A stretch of 64,000 bases of DNA. Origin: Dehalococcoidia bacterium. Its GTDB lineage: Bacteria; Chloroflexota; Dehalococcoidia; Lucifugimonadales; VXLM01. Positions 1 to 8,951 of the stretch are shown here, in pieces. Numbering within the stretch: position 1 is the stretch's first letter; the number at the start of each line of letters is the position of its first letter. Both the position numbers and the translations under genes were made by a program. The notes under the pieces were generated by a model, which worked only from the letters and a program-made list of their open reading frames with translations, was not told where the DNA came from and searched no databases. The DNA is taken from NCBI GenBank assembly GCA_965220255.1, contig OZ244816.1:1736491-1800490 (forward strand), written 5' to 3'.

Positions 1-518
1 ACTTTAGAATGCGTGACGTAGAGTTGTTGATACGGTTTTTTGCTTTCACCGAGTCGATTGAATGCTACAATGGTAATCTAAAGACATTTCTCGATAACAC
101 ATCGAAGCACTTTAACGATCACTGGAAGACACGAAAAGGCGATATCGAGCTAATTGCCGATCAATGCGACAAAGCTATAGATGTGACCTTTGAGATTTTT
201 GGAACAAATGCTTTCAGAAGGTGGCGAAGCCCGACCGGCTATGAAAATCGCTTCAATCGGGCAGTGTTTGACATAATGACATACTATTTCCGCTATCCTG
301 CTATAGGACAACGTGCTGTCAGAATGAAAGATGAAGTGAGGGAAGCGTTTGAAGAACTATGTAAGAATGATGAACAATTCAGTGAGTCATTACAGACAAC
401 GACTAAAAGTGTTGGATCCACATTTACGCGATTGCGCCGCTGGGGAGTGAAATTGCAATCTGTACTGGATTGTCAAATAGAAATTCCTGAGACTCCCTTG
501 TCGGCCGAACTCCACTAG
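1..518 (+). CDS. DUF262/GmrSD-like protein, C-terminal fragment (5' end outside window)
   Basis: Frame is open from nt 3 to the window edge (ORF track 9..518). The segment RDVELLIRFFAF...YNGNLKTFLDN resembles, from memory, the helical region downstream of ParB-like DUF262 domains. The first 60 nt are 42% GC, against about 60% in the next operon. Confidence 0.45.
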   Translation, partial: FRMRDVELLIRFFAFTESIECYNGNLKTFLDNTSKHFNDHWKTRKGDIELIADQCDKAIDVTFEIFGTNAFRRWRSPTGYENRFNRAVFDIMTYYFRYPAIGQRAVRMKDEVREAFEELCKNDEQFSESLQTTTKSVGSTFTRLRRWGVKLQSVLDCQIEIPETPLSAELH

Positions 519-525
519 ATGCAAA

Positions 526-1167
526 ATGCCAACTTCGCTCAGGTTTCGTGAACTGCGAAGAAGAATCGTAGAGCTGCGGGATCACTTCTTACCCAAACAG
601 TTTGACCCTACCGGTTCCTATACACCGCGTCAAAGTGATCGCGCCAGAGCATTCAGGTTGTTGGCACATGCGGAGATCGAATCCTATCTTGAGGATGTAG
701 TAAAGGAAGCAGCAAATGTAGCTTTCGAAATGTGGCGGACGGGTGCAGGTATTTCCTCGTCATTAGTCGCTATGATTGCATTTGTGGATGAAAATCTTGG
801 GGCGGTGCCAGAAACAAAGGATTTGACTGGTGAGCGGGAGTTGACGAAGAGGATAAGGCTGTCTAGGGACAAATTCAACAAGTATGCATTTGCAAGAAAT
901 CATGGAATCACTGAAAGAGATGTCTTGAAGCTATTGCTTCCTGTTGGAATAAGTGAAAAGGATATCGACTCAACATGGCTCGCAACTATAGATTCTTTTG
1001 GTCAATCTCGTGGAAGAACAGCTCACAGGTCAAAGCGAGTTGATCAACCACCGGACCCAAGGAACGAGTATGAGATAGTGAGTCAGATTATTGACGGCCT
1101 TATGGTGATTGACCAAGAATTGCTTGAATTAGGCAAACTACCACGGAAGAGGAGAGGAGGGAAGTAG
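526..1167 (+). CDS. HEPN-like protein (R-x4-H motif), likely partner of the upstream DUF262-like gene
   Basis: 213-aa ORF starting 8 nt after the upstream stop. Predicted helical protein with SRGRTAH (R-x4-H) near the C-terminal third. Low GC, like its neighbour. Confidence 0.45.
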   Translation: MPTSLRFRELRRRIVELRDHFLPKQFDPTGSYTPRQSDRARAFRLLAHAEIESYLEDVVKEAANVAFEMWRTGAGISSSLVAMIAFVDENLGAVPETKDLTGERELTKRIRLSRDKFNKYAFARNHGITERDVLKLLLPVGISEKDIDSTWLATIDSFGQSRGRTAHRSKRVDQPPDPRNEYEIVSQIIDGLMVIDQELLELGKLPRKRRGGK

Positions 1168-1477
1168 TTTGATGGAGGCCTACAAACAAGCAATAGCGTG
1201 GAGAACAATTCTCAATGTCAGAGTGCGACATGTGTATGTATAGCTTGCGCATATGGAGTTGTTTCTTGAGATTGTGCTAGGATGTTGACCCTCACAGACG
1301 GCGACTCCTTTAGATGTCGTGCGGAGCCGTCCTTTGAGCAGCACACATCTGTAGGGAGAGACTGTCGTCGCCTGATGACCATGTGGTGGAAGGTATCGTG
1401 TAAGTGGTGATGGGTGATAGTTCACCAGGTTGCACAGTCAAGGCTGGTGGTCATTGCTAGGGACGGTTTGACAGCGA

Positions 1478-2419
1478 ATGAACGCGATTGAGCTTGATGG
1501 CTTGACGAAGACGTTCAGGCGTCGGGGTTCGGAGCCGGTTCATGCCGTTGTCGATCTGAGTCTTTCGATACCTCGTGGCCAGATATTCGGCTTTCTTGGT
1601 CCGAACGGCGCGGGGAAGACGACCACGATCAAGATGATGTGCGGTGTCGTCGCGCCGGATTCCGGTGGGGCCACGCTACTCGGTCATGACGTCCGGCGGG
1701 ACCGGGCGGCCGCCATGCGGCAGTTCAGCGCGGTGCTCGAGGGGGCGCGTACCGTTTACTGGCGGCTTTCGGCGATGGAAAACCTGATGTATTTCGGGAG
1801 GCTGAAGGGCGTCCGGGGCAAGTATCTCAGGCCGAGAGGGGAGCGGCTGCTGAAGGAGCTGGATCTCTGGGACAGGAGGAACGACGACGTCCGGGAGTTC
1901 TCACGAGGGATGCAGCAGAAGGTAGCCATTGCGGCGGCGCTCATGTCCGATCCTCCGATTGTATTGCTCGACGAGCCCACGTTGGGCCTGGACGTCGAGT
2001 CGGCGCGGACGGTCCGAGAGTGGGTCTCGCGACTTGCCAAAGAGGAGAACAAGACCGTCCTGCTCACGACGCACCAGCTGACGATGGCCCAGGAGCTCTG
2101 CGACCGGGTGGCCATCATCAACGAGGGTCGTCTGATCGCGGATCGCACAGTCGCAGAGTTGCTGTCCCTGTTTCGTCGAGACTACTACAGGATACGTGTC
2201 GGCGGTCAAATCAAGGGCAAAGTGTCGCTACCGGAGGGACTGATTGTCGAGGAGGGCGAGCACGAGACGACGATATCGGGCGACATCGCCGACCAGGAGC
2301 GACTTCACGAGGTGCTCCGTTTGATACGAGAAGAGGGGCTGCCGCTCTTGTCGGTGCAACGCAGCGAGCCGAGTTTGGAGCACATCTTCATTGAGCTGCT
2401 GAACGAGGACCGACAGTGA
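1478..2419 (+). CDS. ABC transporter ATP-binding protein (ABC-2/DrrA-like)
   Basis: Walker A GPNGAGKTT, signature SRGMQQKV, Walker B VLLDEPTLGLD. Its stop overlaps the next start (GTGA). Confidence 0.9.
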   Translation: MNAIELDGLTKTFRRRGSEPVHAVVDLSLSIPRGQIFGFLGPNGAGKTTTIKMMCGVVAPDSGGATLLGHDVRRDRAAAMRQFSAVLEGARTVYWRLSAMENLMYFGRLKGVRGKYLRPRGERLLKELDLWDRRNDDVREFSRGMQQKVAIAAALMSDPPIVLLDEPTLGLDVESARTVREWVSRLAKEENKTVLLTTHQLTMAQELCDRVAIINEGRLIADRTVAELLSLFRRDYYRIRVGGQIKGKVSLPEGLIVEEGEHETTISGDIADQERLHEVLRLIREEGLPLLSVQRSEPSLEHIFIELLNEDRQ

Positions 2420-3204
2420 TAGCCGCGCCGCTCGTCCTCTACAACGAGGCCCGCAAGGAACTCCTCATTACCTGGAACTATCGGGCCAATTTGGTAATAG
2501 AACTGCTAACGCTGGCTGTCCTTTTCATCTTCATCAGCTACTTTGTTGGAACCGGCGCGATCGCTACTCAAGGGCTACCGGCGTTTCTCCTCGGCTACTT
2601 GATCTGGTTTTACGCGGCCATCGCTATCTCAAGCATGAGCAGCAACCTCTTAAGTGAGGCGTCGGTCGGCACCCTAGAGCAGCTCTACATGAGCCCGGTC
2701 CCGACGTGGGTGCTTTTTCTTGGGCGGGTCATCGCCACCTTCTTGAAATCGACAATTATGGTCGCGCTCGTTGGGGTGACCTTGATGTTGGTTCTTCGTA
2801 TCACCCTGCCGCTGGAACCGGCGGCACTACCGCCGTTCTTCCTAACTATGGTTGGCCTGTTTGGATTCGGGTACGCTATCGGTGGTCTGACCTTGATGTA
2901 TAAGCAGATCACCTCAGTCACCAACTTGGTGAACAACTTACTCTTGTTCCTCAACGGCGCGCTGTTGCCAGTACAGTACTTCCCGGACTGGCTTGAGACC
3001 TTCGCAAGACTGCTCCCGACAACACAGGGGATTGAAGTGCTTCGCAAGGTGGTGATTGACGGTGCGTCTCTCTCAGCGGTCTGGGAGGATGGAAGCATGG
3101 TGTTCTTGGCGGTCCAGTCCGTAGTGTTTCTGTTGGTAGGGTGGGTCCTGTTCAACGTCGGGGAACGGATCGCGAAGGGGCGAGGGACGTTGGGGCAGTA
3201 TTAG
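2416..3204 (+). CDS. ABC-2 type transporter permease
   Basis: 262-aa hydrophobic protein with about 6 TM segments. GTG start overlaps the ATPase stop. Confidence 0.8.
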   Translation: MIAAPLVLYNEARKELLITWNYRANLVIELLTLAVLFIFISYFVGTGAIATQGLPAFLLGYLIWFYAAIAISSMSSNLLSEASVGTLEQLYMSPVPTWVLFLGRVIATFLKSTIMVALVGVTLMLVLRITLPLEPAALPPFFLTMVGLFGFGYAIGGLTLMYKQITSVTNLVNNLLLFLNGALLPVQYFPDWLETFARLLPTTQGIEVLRKVVIDGASLSAVWEDGSMVFLAVQSVVFLLVGWVLFNVGERIAKGRGTLGQY

Positions 3205-3606
3205 AGGAAGGTTTGATGGGTCAGCCGAAAGTATGGGTATGGTTCTCTTTGAATCATGAGCGGGGTTGGCACCCTTCGACAGGCTTTCAAGTAACTGCTC
3301 TGGGCCGAGGGGATTCACCACAGAGGGCACAGAGATCACAGAGTGAGGAGACAGGGTGGGCTGTGAGACAGTTACTTTCACTTGTACGGCCCCGGCGCGG
3401 GGCGTAACGCTGCTCAGGGCGAACGGAATCCTTTTTCGACAGCCTCTTTGCCCCACTCACTTCACACACCTAACACCTGCTGCCGAATGACGTTGTATAT
3501 CCAAATCGGTTGACGTTTCTGACGGCGTCCCAATGCCTCCCCATGGATTCGGGCTGGTGGGGTAGCGAGTCTCTTGTCGTTTTGGGGCGACTCTCCTTGC
3601 GGGGTA

Positions 3607-3634
3607 TGGATTCCCGCGTTCACGGGAATGACGG
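3607..3634. repeat. Short palindromic repeat, family TGGATTCCCGC-N-GCGGGAATGACGG
   Basis: tggattcccgcgttcacgggaatgacgg. Related copies at 10394, 45602, 56704 and 57946, plus GGATACCC variants at 19462, 39447 and 44028. Confidence 0.8.
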
Positions 3635-3780
3635 TTGGGAGGGCGGCGGTGTGGCGCGTTGTCGTTTGGGGTGCGATAGGGTATTGTGTGGCGGACGTTT
3701 CAGGGCTAGGCAGTCGGCTTTTCTAGGGGGACTGTGGGCGGCGTATCCGAACGTTCCGGCAATCGAGGTAACACAGGTCT

Positions 3781-4710
3781 ATGTGGGTATATATCGTCCG
3801 ACGGTTGCTCTTTCTGCCGGTGGCTCTCGTGGCCGTGTCGTTGATCACCTGGACGTTGGGTGTGTACGGCCCCGGCGACCCCATTCGGGTGATGATGGGC
3901 AACAAGTACGACCCAGTGGCAGCGGAGCGCATCCGCGATGAGCTGGGGCTGAACCGGCCTTTCTTCGTGCAGTACGGCGATTATATGTACGGCTTCTTCC
4001 AAGGCGACTTTGGGGAGAGTCTACGGTTCATCGGCCAGCCGGTGCGCGACATAATCGTGCCAAAGATGTGGGTGTCCGCGCAGCTTTCTATCGCCGCGAT
4101 GATCATCAGCCTCAGCATCGGTCTGCCATTGGGGTTCTACATCGCCCACAAGCAAGGGACCTGGCAGGACCCGACGGTAGTGACTTTTGCGCTTGTGCTC
4201 ATGTCGATACCGATCATGGTGACGGTGCCTGCGCTCCTGTGGGTGGGGTGCCTGAAGACCGACCTGATACCGTGCTCGGGCTGGGGAGGTTTCTTCGACC
4301 CACGCATCGTCGTTCCTGCGATAGCGATGGGGGTTCCCCCCATCGCGGCATTCATCCGCCTCATGCGGGCGAGCACCCTCGACGTGATGGGGCAGGACTT
4401 CATCCGCACGGCCCACTCGAAGGGTCTTGGCCCCGTAAGGGTCGACGTGACGCACGTGCTGCGCAACGCAATGATCCCCATCATCACGATTCTCGCCTTC
4501 TCACTGGCGGGCCTGATCGGCGGATCGTTCATAACCGAGACGATCATGGGCATTCCGGGTGTCGGCCGCTTCGCCGTCGAGTCTATCTTCAACCGCGACT
4601 ACCCGGTCATCATGGCGATCACGCTCATCGGGGCGATAGCGTTCGTGCTCGCCAACCTCTTGGCCGACGTAGCCTATGCGTATATCGACCCACGTATCAG
4701 GTATAGCTAA
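3781..4710 (+). CDS. Peptide/nickel ABC transporter permease (DppB/OppB-like)
   Basis: The N-terminus MWVYIVRRLLFLPVALVAVSLITWTL and the GLNRPFFVQY segment are typical of OppB/DppB. Multi-TM protein. Confidence 0.85.
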   Translation: MWVYIVRRLLFLPVALVAVSLITWTLGVYGPGDPIRVMMGNKYDPVAAERIRDELGLNRPFFVQYGDYMYGFFQGDFGESLRFIGQPVRDIIVPKMWVSAQLSIAAMIISLSIGLPLGFYIAHKQGTWQDPTVVTFALVLMSIPIMVTVPALLWVGCLKTDLIPCSGWGGFFDPRIVVPAIAMGVPPIAAFIRLMRASTLDVMGQDFIRTAHSKGLGPVRVDVTHVLRNAMIPIITILAFSLAGLIGGSFITETIMGIPGVGRFAVESIFNRDYPVIMAITLIGAIAFVLANLLADVAYAYIDPRIRYS

Positions 4711-5724
4711 GTGGCGCTTCAACCACAGTCCCAGCCGTTTGAGATTCGACGCGACGAGGACGACGAACTCACCGAAGAGACTCCGCGACACCGGCGGGGA
4801 CACTTCGCGCGCGCCCTCTCCCGGCTCATGCGGAAGAAGATCGCGGTCGCGGCTATGGCGGTCATCTCGGTCATTTGGCTGGCCGGGATATTCGCCGCGC
4901 CGCTGTCCACGTTCGTGACTGGGTACGAGTACACCGACCAGGACTACACGGCCATAGCCGAGCCGCCGAGCCGCGAACACTGGGCGGGCACCGACCGCGC
5001 GGGACGGGACGTCTTCACCCGCCTGCTGTGGGGAATTCAGAACACGGTCATCCTCACCTTCGTCGGGATGCTCACGGGCGGCCTGCTCATCGGGGTCACG
5101 CTCGGGCTGGTGTCGGGGTATTTCGGCGGGAAGGTGGACGAGTTCATCATGCGGAGCGGCGAGATTGCCTCGTCGTTCCCTGACATCTTCTTGGTAATCA
5201 TCCTCGCCGCCACGCTACGTCCGCGTATAGTCGAATACGTACGCTGGGTCGAGGACAACACCTTCCTGGACGGTCTCGTCCGCTCGGGAACGGTAGATTA
5301 CGTGGTCATATCCGTCGCCCTCGTGAGCTTCGGGTGGATCGGCACGGCAAGGCTGTTACGGGGGCAGATCCTCTACCTGAAGGAGACTCAGTATGTCGAG
5401 AGCGCCCGCGCTATCGGGATTTCGACGACACGCATCCTCTTCCGGCATCTGCTCCCGAATGCAATCAGCCCCCTCGTCGTGACAGTCTCAATGGGTATGG
5501 GCAGCATGGTGGGTGTGGAGATCGTGCTGAGCTGGTTGGGGCTAGGCATCCAGCCGCCCCGCCCAAGCCTAGGCGTGATGCTCTACGAGGCCGGTTCGAT
5601 CAGCGCACTGCGTGTGATGCCATGGCTTCTGCTGGCGCCTGGGGTCATTGCGTGGTCGATGGTGCTGGCGTGGAACCTACTGGGAGACGCGCTCAACGAC
5701 GTTCTGAATCCGCGCACGCGCTGA
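4711..5724 (+). CDS. Peptide/nickel ABC transporter permease (DppC/OppC-like)
   Basis: GTG start immediately after the oppB-like stop. Contains HWAGTDRAGRDVFTRLLWG, typical of OppC/DppC, and is multi-TM. Confidence 0.85.
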   Translation: MALQPQSQPFEIRRDEDDELTEETPRHRRGHFARALSRLMRKKIAVAAMAVISVIWLAGIFAAPLSTFVTGYEYTDQDYTAIAEPPSREHWAGTDRAGRDVFTRLLWGIQNTVILTFVGMLTGGLLIGVTLGLVSGYFGGKVDEFIMRSGEIASSFPDIFLVIILAATLRPRIVEYVRWVEDNTFLDGLVRSGTVDYVVISVALVSFGWIGTARLLRGQILYLKETQYVESARAIGISTTRILFRHLLPNAISPLVVTVSMGMGSMVGVEIVLSWLGLGIQPPRPSLGVMLYEAGSISALRVMPWLLLAPGVIAWSMVLAWNLLGDALNDVLNPRTR

Positions 5725-5726
5725 CG

Positions 5727-6854
5727 ATGGAGTGCGCTCTAGAGATTCTTCGTGGTCTCGGATCGTGTCCGGCCACGCCGTTCTTCGAGGGGCTGCCGGC
5801 GCGATATATTACTGAGGCGCTAGCACGTGCGGGTGTCGATTATTGCCGTGACGAGTTCGGTAACGTCGTCGCGCATGTTCCGGCGAAGGCAGAATCGTCG
5901 GTGCCGCCTATCGCGTTCGTCGCGCACATGGACCATCCGGGCTTCGAGATCGTGGAGATCGAGGGATCCCAAGCGGTCGCAAGGGCGATGGGTGGAGTGC
6001 CCGCCGCATCGCTGACGAAGCCGGCGCCCGTTTTCGTGCTCGCGCCTGACGGGACAAGGATTCCCGGGGTGACGGAGCCACACGAGGACACGGACGATCC
6101 GAATGATCGCGCTTCGGACCGCCTGGTGCGAGTGCGGTTGGACGAGACAATCGATCTGGAGCCGCCTCTGCCGGTGGTGTTTGATCTGGCCGACTTCAAG
6201 CTGGACGGGGACACTATCAGGATGCGCGCCGTGGACGATCTGGCGGGGTGTGCGGCGATACTTGCTCTGCTGGAGCGGGTTGTCGGTGATGGTCCGGCTG
6301 GCGGCGACGTGTACGGCGTATTCACGCGGGCGGAGGAGGGTGGTCTGTTCGGGGCTCGCCTTATGGCTGAGGCTGCCGTCCTCCCGAAGGATACGGTCAT
6401 CGTGTCGGTCGAATCGAGTTCGGTCATTCCGGGAGTCGAGCAGGGGGCGGGGCCGGTCATACGTACAGGCGATGCGCTGACCACATTCGACTCTCATGCG
6501 GAGCGCCTGCTCACGTCGGCAGCGGCATCCATTCGCCGCCGCAAGCCGGAATTTGCTGTGCAACGCCAGTTGATGTCGGGGGGAGTGTGCGAGGCGACGG
6601 CGTTCTCACTGGCCGGATACTCGGTCACAGGCGTCGCGTTTCCACTTGGCAACTATCACAACGCCACGACGACGATTCCCGACCCTGACGGGGGTGTGGC
6701 GGAGGAGTATATTCGTGTGTCGGACTACCTCGGAGGGGTGGAACTGCTGTCGGAGGCTGCAATTGCAGGGGTTAGTGGGGACGGCGCAACTTCACGAATT
6801 GGGGCCGTCACGGAAGACGTGAGGGAACGGCTGCGGAACTCTCGGGGGTGGTGA
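5727..6854 (+). CDS. M42-family (FrvX/TET-like) aminopeptidase-like protein
   Basis: ATG at 5727, 2 nt after the oppC-like stop. Motifs FVAHMDHPGF, AVDDLAGCAAIL and FTRAEEGGLFGA. The longer ORF from 5334 overlaps oppC and was rejected. Confidence 0.7.
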   Translation: MECALEILRGLGSCPATPFFEGLPARYITEALARAGVDYCRDEFGNVVAHVPAKAESSVPPIAFVAHMDHPGFEIVEIEGSQAVARAMGGVPAASLTKPAPVFVLAPDGTRIPGVTEPHEDTDDPNDRASDRLVRVRLDETIDLEPPLPVVFDLADFKLDGDTIRMRAVDDLAGCAAILALLERVVGDGPAGGDVYGVFTRAEEGGLFGARLMAEAAVLPKDTVIVSVESSSVIPGVEQGAGPVIRTGDALTTFDSHAERLLTSAAASIRRRKPEFAVQRQLMSGGVCEATAFSLAGYSVTGVAFPLGNYHNATTTIPDPDGGVAEEYIRVSDYLGGVELLSEAAIAGVSGDGATSRIGAVTEDVRERLRNSRGW

Positions 6855-6876
6855 ACAACACCCCCTCTCGCCACTC

Positions 6877-8733
6877 CTAATCGCCGCCGCTCGGCTCGGG
6901 GAGCGGTGGGGGAGGGGCGTTGAGCATGTCGGTGAGGGCCTTGCCCTCGAGGGTCTCATGCTCGATGAGGTACTTCGACACCTCGGTCAGCTTGTCCTTG
7001 TGGGTGATGATGAGGTTCTTGGCCGTCTGGTATGCGCCCTGGATGAGGTTGTGCACCTCTTCGTCGATGGTGTCGGCTATGCGCTCGCTGTAGTCAGCCT
7101 GCTCCGATATCTCCCTGCCGAGGAAGACCAATTCCTCGCGCTTGCCGAAGGTGCGCGGGCCCAGCTTGTTGCTCATACCGTATCGCATGACCATCTGGCG
7201 GGCGAGATTGGTTGCTTGCTCAATGTCATTGCTCGCGCCGGTGGTAATCTGCTCAGCCCCGAAGACCTCTTCTTCGGCGGCGCGACCGCCCATGAGCGTG
7301 GCGAGGCGGGCCTTCACCTGCTTGAGGGTCATGTAGTAGGACTCTTCATTGGGGATAGACTTGGTATAACCGCCTGCGTGTCCCCGCGAGACGATAGTGA
7401 CCTTGGCGACGGGATCCGCGTCGTCCAGCAGGTGGCCGACGAGTGTGTGGCCCGCTTCGTGATAGGCGGTGACCTCTTTGTCGCGCGCGCTGATGACGCG
7501 CGACTTTCGAGCGGGACCGGCAATTACGCGGTCGATGGACTCGGCGAAGTCCTCGTAGAGCACAGTTGTCCGGTTGTTGCGCGCGGCGAGGATGGCGGAC
7601 TCGTTTACGAGGTTCGCCAGGTCGGCGCCGCTGAATCCCGGCGTCTGCTTGGCGACACTCTCCACGTCGATTGTCTCGTCAATGGGCTTGCCCTTCATGT
7701 GGACCTTGAGGATAGCCTCGCGCCCCTTCACGTCGGGGTTGTCCAGAGTCACACGACGATCGAAGCGGCCCGGCCTGAGCAGGGCGGGATCGAGGATGTC
7801 AGGACGGTTTGTGGATGAGAGAACGATGACGTTGACGCTTGTGTCGAAGCCGTCCATCTCGACGAGTATCTGGTTCAGGGTCTGCTCTCGTTCGTCGTGG
7901 CCGCCGCCGAGGCCGGCACCACGGTGCCTGCCGACGGCGTCGATCTCGTCGATGAAGACGATGCACGGCGCGTTGCGTTTCGCCTGCTCGAACAGGTCGC
8001 GCACACGGGACGCGCCGACGCCGACGAACATCTCCACGAACTCCGAGCCACTGATCGAGAAGAAGGGCACCCCTGCCTCGCCCGCAACGGCCCTGGCTAG
8101 CAGGGTCTTCCCGGTGCCGGGCGGGCCTACGAGCAGGACGCCGCGAGGGACGCGCGCGCCCAAGGTCTCGAATCGCTCGGGGTATCTCAGGAAGTCTACG
8201 ACCTCTTCCAACTCCTCCTTGGCCTCATCGGCACCCGCAACGTCCTCGAACGTGACGCTGGGCTGGTTGCCGACCAGCATCCTGGCACGGCTGCGCCCAA
8301 AGCTAAAGGTCTGATTGGTGCTCCCCTGCGCCTGGCGCATCATAAAGAGCAACACGGCACCGAAGAAGATGAGGGGCAGGAAGTTTATGAGGATCCCGAA
8401 GAGACTGCCGAGGCCACTCGAACCGACGACCACGACGTTCGGATTTCCGCCCTTGTACGGATCGATTCCCGCGTCGACGAGGATGTCGACGATGCTGGCG
8501 TTCTGCTCGATTCGCGATGAGAAGGTCTCCTGCAGAGGGGTGATGATAGTAAGGCGGTCACCGCTCACTTCAATGGTCTCTATCTCGCCGCGTTTAGCCA
8601 TAGCTACGACTTCGGATATGCTCAGGTCTTTGTTGCCGCCGGGCACGTCCGAAAACAGCGTGAAGAAGATCGCGATTACGGCCACGACGATCAGCAGGTA
8701 GATAAAGCCATTGCGCATGAAACGGGAGTTCAT
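6877..8733 (-). CDS. ftsH: ATP-dependent zinc metalloprotease FtsH
   Basis: N-terminal TM segment, Walker [24 protein letters not shown], zinc motif HEAGH. SD GGAGGGG upstream. Confidence 0.95.
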   Translation of the reverse strand: MNSRFMRNGFIYLLIVVAVIAIFFTLFSDVPGGNKDLSISEVVAMAKRGEIETIEVSGDRLTIITPLQETFSSRIEQNASIVDILVDAGIDPYKGGNPNVVVVGSSGLGSLFGILINFLPLIFFGAVLLFMMRQAQGSTNQTFSFGRSRARMLVGNQPSVTFEDVAGADEAKEELEEVVDFLRYPERFETLGARVPRGVLLVGPPGTGKTLLARAVAGEAGVPFFSISGSEFVEMFVGVGASRVRDLFEQAKRNAPCIVFIDEIDAVGRHRGAGLGGGHDEREQTLNQILVEMDGFDTSVNVIVLSSTNRPDILDPALLRPGRFDRRVTLDNPDVKGREAILKVHMKGKPIDETIDVESVAKQTPGFSGADLANLVNESAILAARNNRTTVLYEDFAESIDRVIAGPARKSRVISARDKEVTAYHEAGHTLVGHLLDDADPVAKVTIVSRGHAGGYTKSIPNEESYYMTLKQVKARLATLMGGRAAEEEVFGAEQITTGASNDIEQATNLARQMVMRYGMSNKLGPRTFGKREELVFLGREISEQADYSERIADTIDEEVHNLIQGAYQTAKNLIITHKDKLTEVSKYLIEHETLEGKALTDMLNAPPPPLPEPSGGD

Positions 8734-8908
8734 TGCCCCTCCAGAGGACTTCTCGCCAGATGTTCCGATGGAACGGTACGGGGGATGAGCATCCCCTAGC
8801 TATCATAGTACCACCGTTTACAGTCCCAGTTCAAAGCATGAATACGACCTCAAATCCACCAAACTGGGAGGGTCCAACGGGCTCCGGGAACCCAAGGCAG
8901 TGTTGCCA

Positions 8909-8934
8909 CCCTTCGACAGGCTCAGGGTGAACGG
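8909..8934. repeat. Short repeat, family CCCTTCGACA(A/G)GCTCAGGG
   Basis: cccttcgacaggctcagggtgaacgg. Related copies at 3272, 19314 and about 44206. Confidence 0.7.
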
Positions 8935-8951
8935 GGTACACCTTCTTGTAC

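Noticed and set aside
1180-1425. 81-aa minus-strand ORF in the low-GC spacer after the HEPN-like gene
   Set aside because: It has no SD and no recognisable motif, and its composition is Cys/Arg/Thr-rich. It may still be worth checking as a small partner gene once the full island is available.
3510-3941. 143-aa ORF in the repeat-rich spacer upstream of oppB
   Set aside because: It is built largely from repeat sequence (..MDSRVHGNDGW.. derives from the tggattcccgc...gggaatgacgg palindrome) and overlaps the oppB start.
5334-5726. 5' extension of the peptidase ORF (506-aa version)
   Set aside because: The extension overlaps the 3' third of the oppC-like gene in another frame. The ATG at 5727 sits right after the oppC stop and gives a normal M42 N-terminus.
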